Below, in pieces: positions 37,985 to 49,039 of a stretch of DNA of 64,000 nt. The first letter of the stretch is position 1. Every line of letters begins with the position of its first letter. The DNA comes from Kondoa subrosea (lineage: Eukaryota), in NCBI GenBank assembly GCA_039545335.1, contig BCIN01000003.1, forward strand, positions 1,747,941 through 1,811,940. Reading direction: 5' to 3'. The translations under genes were made by a program, and so were the position numbers. The notes beneath the pieces are model-generated. The model did no database searches. It saw nothing but the letters and a program-made list of their open reading frames with translations, and had not been told where the DNA came from.

Positions 37985-39887
37985 TCAAGTATTTACTTGA
38001 GTCCCGAAAGCCGCACCAGAACCCGTTCTTCTTATATTTCGCCAGGAACGATCCTGATAGTAATCCTTCTTGTCATCGCTTGTACTGTCTGGCCAGTTTT
38101 CCGGTTTAAACGTGACGAAGTCTGGCGTATTCAACCTAAGACCATACAGTTTACCTAATTGTGCAACTCCAGCCAAAAGCTTTGATCGCTGTTTGTCGAG
38201 TTTGCCCCGGCCTCTGACTCTAAGGGAGAGATGTAGAGGATTCCACCAAGGTTCGACAAATTTCGAAACTTTGAAAGGTAAAGACCGACCAACTGGAACA
38301 TGCGAATCGAGAATGACAAGATTATGATCATAAAGAAGCTGTTGTACCAGCTGTAAATAAAGCACATTAGTACACAGCACCTGCTTCACGGCAGAACACA
38401 CGTTGCTGTTCTGCTTCTCAGAAGAGACCTGCTGCATGAGAAAGCTGTCAACCGCTTGCCAAGCATTGGAAGCTTTGCATTGCTTCCTGCAAAGCCCAGC
38501 TAATGGAGAAGGGTTCCATTTCCTGAAAAAGGGCGCTTCGGTGGATAATGGAAACAAGCCGTCGCACAGATGGGCTACTTCAGTCATTGAGTTGAAAAGT
38601 TTTGGATTGAATATCCTTGCAAAGAGTTAGGAAGCCTCGAAAGACGGAGCAGTTTGAGGTGTCGTGTTTTTGGTTTCGTTGATTGTCTGAAGTTGTTGAT
38701 CAATGTCCTCTTGAATGCCAACTCTGATCCAAGACCGGACGCGATCGCGCACTTCGAAGGGGAGTGAAGCCCAAGATATGCGCACCCGATGACCTGAGTG
38801 TACTAGAGTACCATTCAGTTGCCGATTATCGATTTTGCGCAATGACTCCAGGCCACGTCTCGATCGACAGATAGAGGTTTCGCTGTAGGTCTGGGCAGCG
38901 AGAATGAGGTCGAAAAGCGGAAGCGGTCGAACGACTCGTGTAGAAGCGTAACGCTCAACTCCGTAAAGATGATAAGTCTTCTCCAAATGCACAAGAACTA
39001 ATTCGAAAGCTTCGGAATGTTGATTATCCGATATATCCTCTTTGGCAGGCAGCAAAAGGTTGTAGCGCGCAAAAACATCCGGGCTGGTTCCAAGGCCTTC
39101 ATCCTTGCTGTCTGAGTACAAGCTGATCCCTAAGATGAGATCATGGTCACGAGTGAACTCGCGTATAGGCTGAGTGTGAAACTCAGCCAAATGCTCATGC
39201 GCAAGAGAAGATACATGCCTGAACAAAGCTGGCATGTCTGCCTAGCCGTACAGGGCGACCGGGCTTCCATACACTATGTAACTGTTCCCAGGCCACCTAA
39301 TCCAATATATTAGAAATGATCACAGCGCAATTGCGCAAGGTGGCACCTCAGGTCTGCAGCGTTCGCAAAAGATTGGGCTGGGCTCAAAGCGGTACTTGAA
39401 GCGATGCAAGCTGCTCTTAGCTTCCGGAGTCCTTGGCCAACAACATGCAGAATCGCATTCTTCCTCTTCTACACCAATCAAGGGCTCATCCAGCAAAGTG
39501 GCAAATAGGTTACATTCGGTCGTGAACGTTGGTTGCATGAAAATAGATCTGAACAAACCCTCAAACTTCTGCTCTTCTTGGACTCGAATTTCGTTCGGTG
39601 ATGGCTGAGGCAAATGCTTCATCTCGTCCTGCAAGATACCGATGATACGATGATGTACATTGATTGGCAGATCGCGAAGGGAGATGGGTTCTTGCTTAGA
39701 AGGCGACAAACTGGCGAAGCGCATACAGCGACGATAAGCTAGAAGCTTATATTGAAGACTTTGCTGCCGTAAATATTTCAGCGAAAGTCACAAACAGACT
39801 TATAAGCAAGCTCACCGTGTAATTGCGCGCTGCGATGTACAGAGAGAAAGCATTGACTTCGACGACATGATAATCATGAGTCATCAT
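37985..39887 (-). pseudogene. Internally duplicated unknown protein (copy 1), with an in-frame TAA at 38627-38629
   Basis: Colinear with 41415-43405 including intron positions; reads EAS*LFARIF where the paralog reads through. Confidence 0.6.
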
Positions 39888-40048
39888 GCAACGGCTTTGA
39901 GCCTTGATGAGACAGCAAAGTAAGCAGCAGTAGTTACGTAGTAACAGTAATAAAGGTTCCCTGGACCAGGATCACGGTGCGGGAATTCCCCGTACGCAAG
40001 AGAAAACAACCAGCGTTGTGTTGGCGCTGTCTTCACGCCAAATCAACG

Positions 40049-40859
40049 ATGGACTCGTCCGAAGCAGATCTCTACGCACTGAACAAAGGATTGAGATTGT
40101 GCCAATATTGCCAGAAATCAGAAGGAACTCAGAACAGAGTCTTTGACAAATGTTCGAAATGTAAATAGGGGATAGCTAGCTCAAAGCTAATTATCTCGCT
40201 ACAGTGACACGATACTGTGTAGGCGGTTCTTGAGCGAGCGATAGGCCGAGCGCTGAGTGACGGTACAGAGCAAAGAATGCCAATCCGCAGACTGGAAGAG
40301 ACACAAGCCAACATGCAAGGCCAATGTCGATACTTACAAAAAGATGGAAAGTGCTATTCTGACTGGAGGACCATCATCGATATCAATCATCCAAGCCAGC
40401 GAATTGGCACGGAAGTTTGTTCTTGCTTACACGGCACTGTTTCACTGGGGCTTCACGCAAGCTCTGAAACTCACACCATGGACTGCTGCCTCTCACAGAA
40501 GACTGGATACTCATCTTCTTGCACTTACTGTCGAAATCAGAGACAACTTAGATCAGAAAACTGCTGAGGGGAAATCTGCATTTGTGCTCAGCGATGGTTA
40601 CACGCTATCATACGAAGACATGTACAAGCTGAAGCCTGAAATGAAAGAAGGAGTGATCAATGCTCGGAAGTCTTCTAACGAAAAAGTGACGAAAGACACT
40701 TTGGGAACTGGTCTCGTAGTACTCATTTTCCCGAAGACTGGCATGATGCGCGTAGTACCGGTACTGGTCAACACGGATAACGTAGAATTGGATATCGCGC
40801 ATCAAAGCGATTGGCTTGCTACAATGAAGCAAGTTATAGCGGCGGTAAAGGGTTTGTGA
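40049..40859 (+). CDS. N-terminal MYND zinc finger protein
   Basis: CQYCQK...KCSK..TRYC|SKECQSADWKRHKPTC, followed by an unknown domain of about 170 aa. Confidence 0.75.
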
Positions 40860-41213
40860 AGTGAGAGACCCGTCAGTAACACCTCATGCATGAACGGGGA
40901 GCCGCACTGACGAGTATTGAAGGTCTTGATACGTCATTCAGTGCACCGCAGCGCGTTTTAATGTATCTGCGGCGTGAAGTGCATAAAGGCTGTTCTGTAA
41001 TTTCAGCTTCTCATCATTCTGGCAGCCCAAGGGTGACAGGAGGAGAAGAGCTTTGCTACGGACAGCATTTGCAACTTATGTGACCTCTGCGTCTGAAATT
41101 CAAGAATCAATGGTACACACACATTATATTAGTATTGAATAACACAAGTGCCGAAATATCCTGATGTACTTGTATCCACCGGCTTACGCACGCAGTTTGA
41201 GGGCTAATATAAT

Positions 41214-41227
41214 ATATTACGTAATAT
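41214..41227. promoter_or_regulatory. Palindrome ATATTACGTAATAT containing a bZIP-type TTACGTAA site
   Basis: Perfect 14-bp palindrome about 190 bp upstream of ATG 41415; related TTACG/TGACG half sites nearby. Confidence 0.4.
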
Positions 41228-41414
41228 CTCCAGACCCTGACTTACGTGACTTTGAGACCGCTTCTCCTGAACCACGTCTATTGCAAAGCTCTCCGGGGCG
41301 CTTCGCTCACTGACGTTCTTGAACTTCGGCTAGTTGCTTGCTGCTTCTCATTCCGTACTCGCTGCGTCGAACAGCAGTCTTTATCATTTCCGAATTCTTT
41401 CAGAATCAGCAGTC

Positions 41415-43405
41415 ATGACTGAAGGAACGCACTTTGTACACATCAACAAGTACTCAATGATAGTCGCTGCAAAGACTTATCACGTCAGTCTGTTCATAGT
41501 AGCTGCATTTGCGCGGCCGGAGCTCACTTTGTGGTGTAGGAGAGCTTGCAACGCAAAGTCCTGGCTTTTCGTAAATGCGTCCGCTATTCTGCTTTGTATC
41601 CGTTTGCACAACAAGATTCTATTTCTCTTTGCGACTTCCCTCAACCCGTGCTTGACTGTATCGATGGTTTCCTGAAAGACGAGGTCAAACAGCTACCCAA
41701 ACTCACACCAGCCCAGATCAGAGAACAAGAAGAGGCCAAATTTGAGGAGCTCTTTGATGAGATCTTCTACCGCATGAATTCAGGTTGGTATTCGGACGAA
41801 GACTATTATGATAGTGAGGAGGAGGGAACAGGGAGTGGAGAGGAAGAAAGCGACAACGATGAGGATGAAGAGACTAGACGTGAGCGACGAAAGGCTTTCT
41901 TCATGCAGGAAGAAAATCGGTGTGAGGCAGATTGCTGCTTGCCTCGAATTCCCGAAGTCAACAGCAAGCTGCATCGATTCAAGCGTCAATGGGAGCCAGA
42001 ACCGCTTACTTGTACAAGGTGTACTCCCGAAGTGCGTATTTGTATTTGACAGGTCAACGGCTGTCTGCTCACTTGGGGCGTAATCAGGAAGCCTGGGAAC
42101 AATCTGAAGAGGCTTTGGGTTATGATTATTCGGGCTATCGTGTTGTAGGGACTCTAATTTAATTTCTCCTTGCTTGATTGATCACATCTCGACAGATGCT
42201 AAAAGACTTTCTGGTCGATCACAATCTGGCCGCAGCTTACATCTTACCTGACTTAAAAAATGGTCTCACCAAGAACCCTTTGACTGCAGGGAACTATCTT
42301 GTGTCCTTCATACCGACAGCCAATATGTCAGATTACAAACATGCGCGAGCGCTACAAGATCGACTTCACTATCTTGAGAAGACGTATCACTTGTACGGCG
42401 TGCAAAGGAACGCATGCGTAAATTGGACAAAGTCTTTCAATGTTTGGAGCTTGATCGTAAGCACTGGTATCTACATGAGGTCCGCCGCGTACAAGACATG
42501 TCGTGCATTGGATGCGCTACGTAAAATTGAAATTCGAGAAGCCAAGAAGACTCTTGTCTACTCAACAGCGACGCCTCCCACTACTTATACCTCTTTGCCT
42601 ATCGAACTGCGAAATAAGATTAAATCCCTTATGATCGCTATTCAAGCCGAATACGAGGAGGTAGAGTATGTTATCTCTGACAATACAAACTGGTACGACA
42701 TGGTCCCGATTGACAAGGTCGAGCAAGAGGCAACATGGCATTTCCGTCGAGTATTCAAGAGCGTTTTTTCTCCTCCTTTGCCGGGCTCGTGCTTGTTTGA
42801 TGAACCTCACCTCTGCGATGCTCTCTTTCCCGACGACACCGACTATCTTAATCCTAACGGGTACTTCTACAAAAACTGGCAACCTCTGCCAGCAGAAGCC
42901 TGTAAACATGGATGCACAGCCCAGAAAATCTGGAAACACATTGAAAAGCGATTGAGCGATATCAAACCGGAAGAACAGGTTAGTTTGTTTCCTCCTGCAT
43001 TCTTAGACGATTGTATGTATAATTTGTCTCATACAGTGGATCTCTCAATTCCTTCGCGACCATAAGCTGGTAGTCTGCGATTCGCACGTTCCTGATGGCA
43101 ATATCTTGCCTATCAATGTTTCATCTTCTGTTGAACCTTTTTGGAACCCACTCCGTTTGTCAGTAAGCGTGATGGCTCTAGGAGATCGCGATCTGGATCA
43201 CGACACCGAATTCGAAAAGAGCAATCTGTTTCGGAGCACGTTCAAAATTTGTCATCTGTACGGTGTGACGGGAGTAAATGACAATTGCGAAGTCCAAAGA
43301 CCCAAGGATTGGCCAGAGAAAGAACAGCAAGGTGAGGAGAAAAAGAAATGGATCGTCAAGAGCGATTGGAGGAAATCAATCATCATACCCAAAACAACAC
43401 TGTAG
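41415..43405 (+). CDS. Internally duplicated unknown protein (copy 2, intact), two F-box-like/Cys-motif repeats
   Basis: Five exons reading in frame; each half has SLP/DFP helix motif, WxPxP..Cxx(x)C, FLxDHxL and HLYGV. Confidence 0.75.
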
Positions 43406-43457
43406 TAGGCGTCAGAAAACGAGAGTCACTGCTAGTCTTAGCATTAAGTTGATTGTA

Positions 43458-44988
43458 CTATTGCTTCTTCTTGTCTCCTTCCTCATCTCCTGAATCTTCA
43501 TCTTCCTCTCTCACATCTTTTGCATTCTCGGTGAACAAGATCTTATAGATTACTCTCCAAATGAGGTAATACCAACTATAAAGTCGTTTCAATATTACTC
43601 CTCTATCTTGGGGACTTGGACTTACAAGAGGTTGACAAATTGCAGCAACAAAATTGGTGCAAAAGTTTGCCATTTCATCCACCAAACCATCCACTGACCT
43701 TCCAAAGGTCTCCAAACCATAGTCTTGATCCCTGGGATCAGATCGAATTCATACCAGACCGAAATGAGCATGATGATATTGAGGTAATGTCGGAAGTAGC
43801 TAGAAAGAATATATGAGCGTTGTTGAATGATGATGAGGAGAAGTTACTCACGTCCATACACACATGAAGAAGACAAAAGCTACTTCTGATATCCTTTGTA
43901 ATTTGAGGTAGTTCAAGCACTTCGATAGCTGCATAGCAACATCAGCTTTTCGCACATTCGGGGGTCTTGCAATATACTCACAGCCAGGAAAACATCAGAA
44001 ACATCCATAGTGACAAAGATAGATACGCCGATCCTTGTAAAATCAACAGTATAACTCCAGCCAATTAGCCATAGTGTGACGATATGCTATCTCAAAGGCT
44101 CAATATATTGCTCGTTTACGGACACCACTGCTTACATGAATGACGAGTTCCTTGAAGTCACTGCGAGGTGCTTCTAGTCGCAGTACAAGTACCAACATTT
44201 GCTGTAACCAGTAGGAAAATTGTAACAGGTAATAAGTCTTGAGTTCAGGTAGTAGTCGATTGTGAGGATAATCGAGCCAAAAGTATTCAGTCTTATACCA
44301 CCAAGTAGGTAATTTCGACATGACATACTGTGAAAAGATCTCATCAAAACGCGCTTTGCCATTAAGGAGAAGGGAAAAAGACTCACTAAACCCATGGAAC
44401 CAGAAATGGAAAAGTAGATAAAAGTATAACTTTGTTCCATGAACCTCAACAACTTCTTCTCCCCTCGAATCCCTTGAGATTTAGCAAACGGTTTCAGCAA
44501 ATATTCCGTTGTTGCTTGTCTGAAGAAACTGAATACAATCACATAAAAGAACAAGAAGCAGAGATCCAATTTTCCTTTATCGTAGTGCGTTATTGATTCA
44601 TCCACTTTTCGTGGAAGTGGGTAAGATATGAACAAGAATGGGGTGAGAGGATTGATTTGATCTGCTGGTAATAGATAGTGAAGGGATGTCCAAGCGCTGA
44701 CGATCAGTGCAATCATCTTGAAGGAAGATGCTGGCTTGCGCATCCATTCCACTATAGTACCGCATAAGCGACAAGATTTCCATACTTACATCTTTGATCC
44801 TTACTTGTAATCACCTATTGATTAAATTAGCTCGTACAAACTTGATAGTGAAAGCATCTTACATCCTGTATGAAGCCCTGTGTACTTTTAGCAGGCGTAG
44901 AAGCTTGATTGGTAGCTGTATCTGTTGGGTCCATAGCAGTTCCCGTTGATAGATGATTGAGATGATGATCAGCAGGCGGTGAGACCAT
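43458..44988 (-). CDS. LAG1: Ceramide synthase (TLC domain, Lag1/Lac1)
   Basis: RFMEQSYTFIYF, KTYYLLQFSYW, EAPRSDFKELVIHHIVT, MDVSDVFLA, DVREEDE; start uncertain. Confidence 0.9.
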
Positions 44989-45386
44989 GTAGCTGCATCT
45001 AAAGTTAGGGGTGTGACGATCTGGAGCAGCTACATGCTTACTCAACCCTGTTTGACATATATATTTCATTGAAATGCATTCAAGCACATTTCTCCCAAGA
45101 ACTCACGCTTGCTGAATAGAAGATGAACGTTTTCGCGTTGTAGGAGCAGCAGCCATCCTGTGCTGCAGGTTTGGCAGTTTCTGCAAGGGTATTGACGCGT
45201 CGCCGACACAAAGGAACAAGTTCAAGGGAAGTCAAAAACAGATTTCGTTGAGGAAGCGAGCAAGGCGATTCAGGCCACAGGATCATCAATGATGGATTAT
45301 ACGGAGTCGTGCTCTATGATCCAGACCCGCCTTCCGCCATCCGATCTACAATCTCGAGCCTGATGACTTCGTCAAGCAGGAGCCTG

Positions 45387-46355
45387 CTACAGGTTCCGCA
45401 CATCGGAAGCCACCTCCTCGTCCTCCTTCTCATCCCATTTCTGCCTTACGACAATCATATGCCTGAGCTGTTCCATCGCACTCTTACTAAGTGGTAAGTC
45501 TAACTTCGCGGGGTCCAATTCAGTCAAGCGATCTTGATCAGCTAATATTCGTAAAGTATCGCGCAGTGATGTAGACGTGGTAGGCCGATCTGACCAGAGC
45601 AAGAGAATTTGGTTGAACCGATCTAGTATCCGAGGTAGAGGTCCACGCGTGTGGAAAAAGAGTAGGAAAGCTTCGATGGCCTCTATTTGAGTCGTCAGAG
45701 GCAAAATGCATAGAATGTCAAGGAAAGTCGACTTACCGGAATAGCGCTGACGGACTACAAAACATTCTGCTGCACTCAGCACTATCGCAGGCGCTGCATT
45801 GACCTGTGACTCTGTCAGTCTATAGAAGGGACGAGAAGTATGAGTTACTGACGAATTGAAAAGCTTCCCTTGCAAGATTCAACACTTCTTTCGCTCGACC
45901 AGATTTTAAAGCTGCTTGCATAGCCAGGTCATTGACTTCCGCTGTACCCGAAACTAGTTTCCCTTTCCTGTCCTCTGAATCCAATCGTCTGCCACCAGCT
46001 GACAACAGTGCTAGGCAGCCATCGAGGCACTCGGAATATGATTTAGTATAATAGAGATATTGCAAATGCAGTTGAATGCGAGTGATTTCAGGTTTAGGTA
46101 GAGAAGAACGAGAAGCGGAAGAAGAGAGTAATGAAGCGATGTCTTTCGAGAACCACTACGAAAAGCCAAATATCCCATACTCAGACTTCATGCAAAGAAA
46201 AGTGATTCAAACGATAGACGACGGACAGCTGGTTCTTCAAATTTAGCTGTGTATGACTTGGATGCTTGCCGCGCTTGCTCTACTCGGTCTGACCTGCTCT
46301 TCTGACCTGCTTCGACCTCATTATCCGAGATTTCCAAATCACCGAATGCATCCAT
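45387..46355 (-). CDS. Uncharacterised helical-repeat protein, possibly C8orf76-like
   Basis: Spliced MDAFGDLEISD...SYTAKFEEPA|WFSKD...LQYLYYTKSYSECL...EVNDLAMQAALKSGRAKEVL. Confidence 0.6.
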
Positions 46356-46561
46356 TTCAGCCCTGCCTGTTTGTTTCCTGTAGTTTCTGCTCTGGTTTCT
46401 TTGCTATTCTTTGCTTTGCTTTTGCTTTGCTATAGCTGTCGACACAAGATGACTGTTATATGTTGATATGTTGATCCTCGAAATACGTTCATGCGATGAT
46501 GGACGACCCTTATAATTAGAAATCGCCGCCGCCATCTCTTCTCCTGGTACCATTTCAAAGA

Positions 46562-47712
46562 ATGTCTGCACCAATCACTTTATACTCACATGCTCAAGGC
46601 CCGAAGTGAGTTTGATCAATATACATCATCTGAAATCAATCGAAGCTGACTCGTGAAATAGTGGGTGGAAAGTAGCTATTGTTCTCGAAGAGTTGGGACT
46701 TAAGTATGAGCCCAAATACCTCGACTTTCGAAAGGGCGAACACAAAGCCGAAGACCACACGAAATACAATCCTGTCAGCGCTTTCCCTTGTGAAATACCG
46801 CTATAGACTGACGAGTGCACAAGAATGGTCGTATTCCTACAATCATCGACGGCGAAACTACTCTATGGGAATCAGATGCAATCCTGTTATATCTTGCCGA
46901 CAAGTATGACAAGGAACACAAGATCAGCGCAAGGAATGACGAAGAAAGGGCTTTGATCAATCAGTGGCTGTCAGTATCTCTCGTATTCACGCATCTCAAG
47001 TGGGCTGATAGGTTTTATCAAGGTTCTTCCAAGCTTCTGGCCAAGGGTGCATTATCTTTCGTCAGCATCCTTGTAGCGCCGCTGACCTGCCAATATTCAG
47101 TCCATACTATGGTCAAGCTGCTCATTTCGCTGTCTTCGCTCGTGAGTGTGAATTGCATGCATGCTTGAAATAAGGCCAACCGAATCCGATTTGCCTCAGC
47201 CGAGAAGATTCCCTATGCCATCAACCGCTACGAAGCTGAGATCAAGCGCGTCCTCTCTGTACTCGAAAGCGTCTTAAACAAATCAGAATGGCTCGTAGGA
47301 GGAAGATGCACAATTGCTGATCTTTCCTTCATACCGTATGCGATTTGTCTTCTTCCATCTATTTGCGATTACTCATTCTGCTTTGCATTAGATGGAATGG
47401 AGCTATTGGTAACTTCCTGTTGGCCGATAGTAGCAAATTCAGCTTTGAGAAAGGTCCGTTTCATCATATAATCAAAGTGTTCGAACAGACGACTGATTTC
47501 TGCATCATAGAATACCCAAAGACTTTTATGTAAGCGACTTACTGCAATTTGGGAAAGCGCTGTGCTAATAGCGCATCTAAGTTGGCATTCAAAATTGGCC
47601 TCTCGTCCATGTATGTGTTCGAAGCGGATTTCTTATTATCTTAGCTCATTTGAATATCGCTTCAGCTGTCGAGAAGATCAACAAAGATAAAGCCGCTATT
47701 AGTTCTCACTAA
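46562..47712 (+). CDS. Glutathione S-transferase, Ure2p-like class
   Basis: GPNGWKVAIVLEELGL, NPNGRIPTI, LWESDAILLYL, FFQASGQGPYYGQ, WLVGGRCTIADLSF. Confidence 0.92.
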
Positions 47713-47915
47713 GCAGAGAGAATGAAGCAGACCTTGATGATAAGTACGGTCCTCGAGATTTGGGACATTTGGGCAAGCTGTGTACACTATACTGCGGATA
47801 ATGTCAGTCAATGTCAAAACATGCTGTACCAAAGTTATCAAACAGCTGCACGACGCGATGTTCACAATAGCGTGACCTTTGGCCCTGCAGTCGCTCTTCA
47901 CGATACCGCCGACCG

Positions 47916-48975
47916 ATGTATACCAGATTTAAGATTTCCAGCCTGCTGTTACTGTGCAGAGCTATATTGGCAGATGACTTCAATTGCAAGCCAACAGTAG
48001 ATTCAGCAAGCTTTGATTTAACACCTGTTCGCGCTTTCGTCATGTCGGCCAAATTTCTTTGAAAAGCTCATGGGCCTGTTTACAGCTAGCCGGAGTGCAC
48101 CATATAGAAGTTTCTGATCCTACTCCTCCTTCAATAACGAAGGTCAGCTATTCGTCGGCAGCTATAAGTCTGAAAGTCTGCTGAACTCTGTGGTTTCGCA
48201 GTACTCTTACGCTGCATCTCTATGCTCGCCATTACCGCGAAACGACTCTCTATCAGATGCAGATCAATGCCCAACAGGAACTAGAGTATGCTTGACTGTA
48301 ACGAATGTGAAAGAAGGGCTCGAGGATCGGATTACTCGAGTATCACCTTGGGCAGGCGAGATTGGCGAAGGGAGCTTGGACCCGAAAGTATCGATAGGAC
48401 CGCAGCAGGATAAATCGAAACCAGGTAGGCGTCTATCAAATGTACTTGCTTTGAAAGTACTTTGAACTCAAACGATCTACAGCGCCCTTAGTACTTCGAT
48501 TTCATGGTGGAGCAAAGGGAAGAAACGTAGAGATGACTCTTCTATGTGATCCGTCGATAGATGGTCTATATACAATAGGTAAGGATCCATCGCACAACTG
48601 ACCTTTCATGCTCAAGCTCGATGTTCAGGCCACGAAATATCTTACACGCTGAACCTGCTCACTATCTCCTGGGCAAGCAAGTATGCCTGTGCTACTGCAG
48701 CGAAACCAGATTCTCCTGCTGCACCACCTGAAGGTTCGCCTAGTACACCGACCTCTCAATCGGGTTGGGGTTTCTTCTCTACTCTCTTCTTCTTAGTCTT
48801 TTGTGGTCTTCTAATCTACTTTGTGGTTGGTGCTTGGATACAACATCAGCAATACGGCGCCAGTGGACTAGATCTGATACCGAATCGCGATCTTTGGAGT
48901 GATCTTCCGCATATTGTAAAGGACTTGTTCACAAGAAGAGGTGGATCAAGTAGTGGTGGATATCAATCATTATGA
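47916..48975 (+). CDS. ATG27: Autophagy protein Atg27 (M6PR-like type I membrane protein)
   Basis: Signal peptide, PPSITK, LCSPLP...QCPTGTRVC, WASKYAC, TM segment, YGASGLDLIPNRDLWSDLP, C-terminal YQSL sorting motif. Confidence 0.88.
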
Positions 48976-49039
48976 TGGTATAATGCAAAAAAAGAAACAT
49001 GTATGATTATTGTAACACATATATACTACACAACTAGTA

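Noticed and set aside
46400..46432. Imperfect TTTGC repeats in the divergent promoter before GST
   Set aside because: Short pyrimidine-rich microsatellite-like tract with no further support
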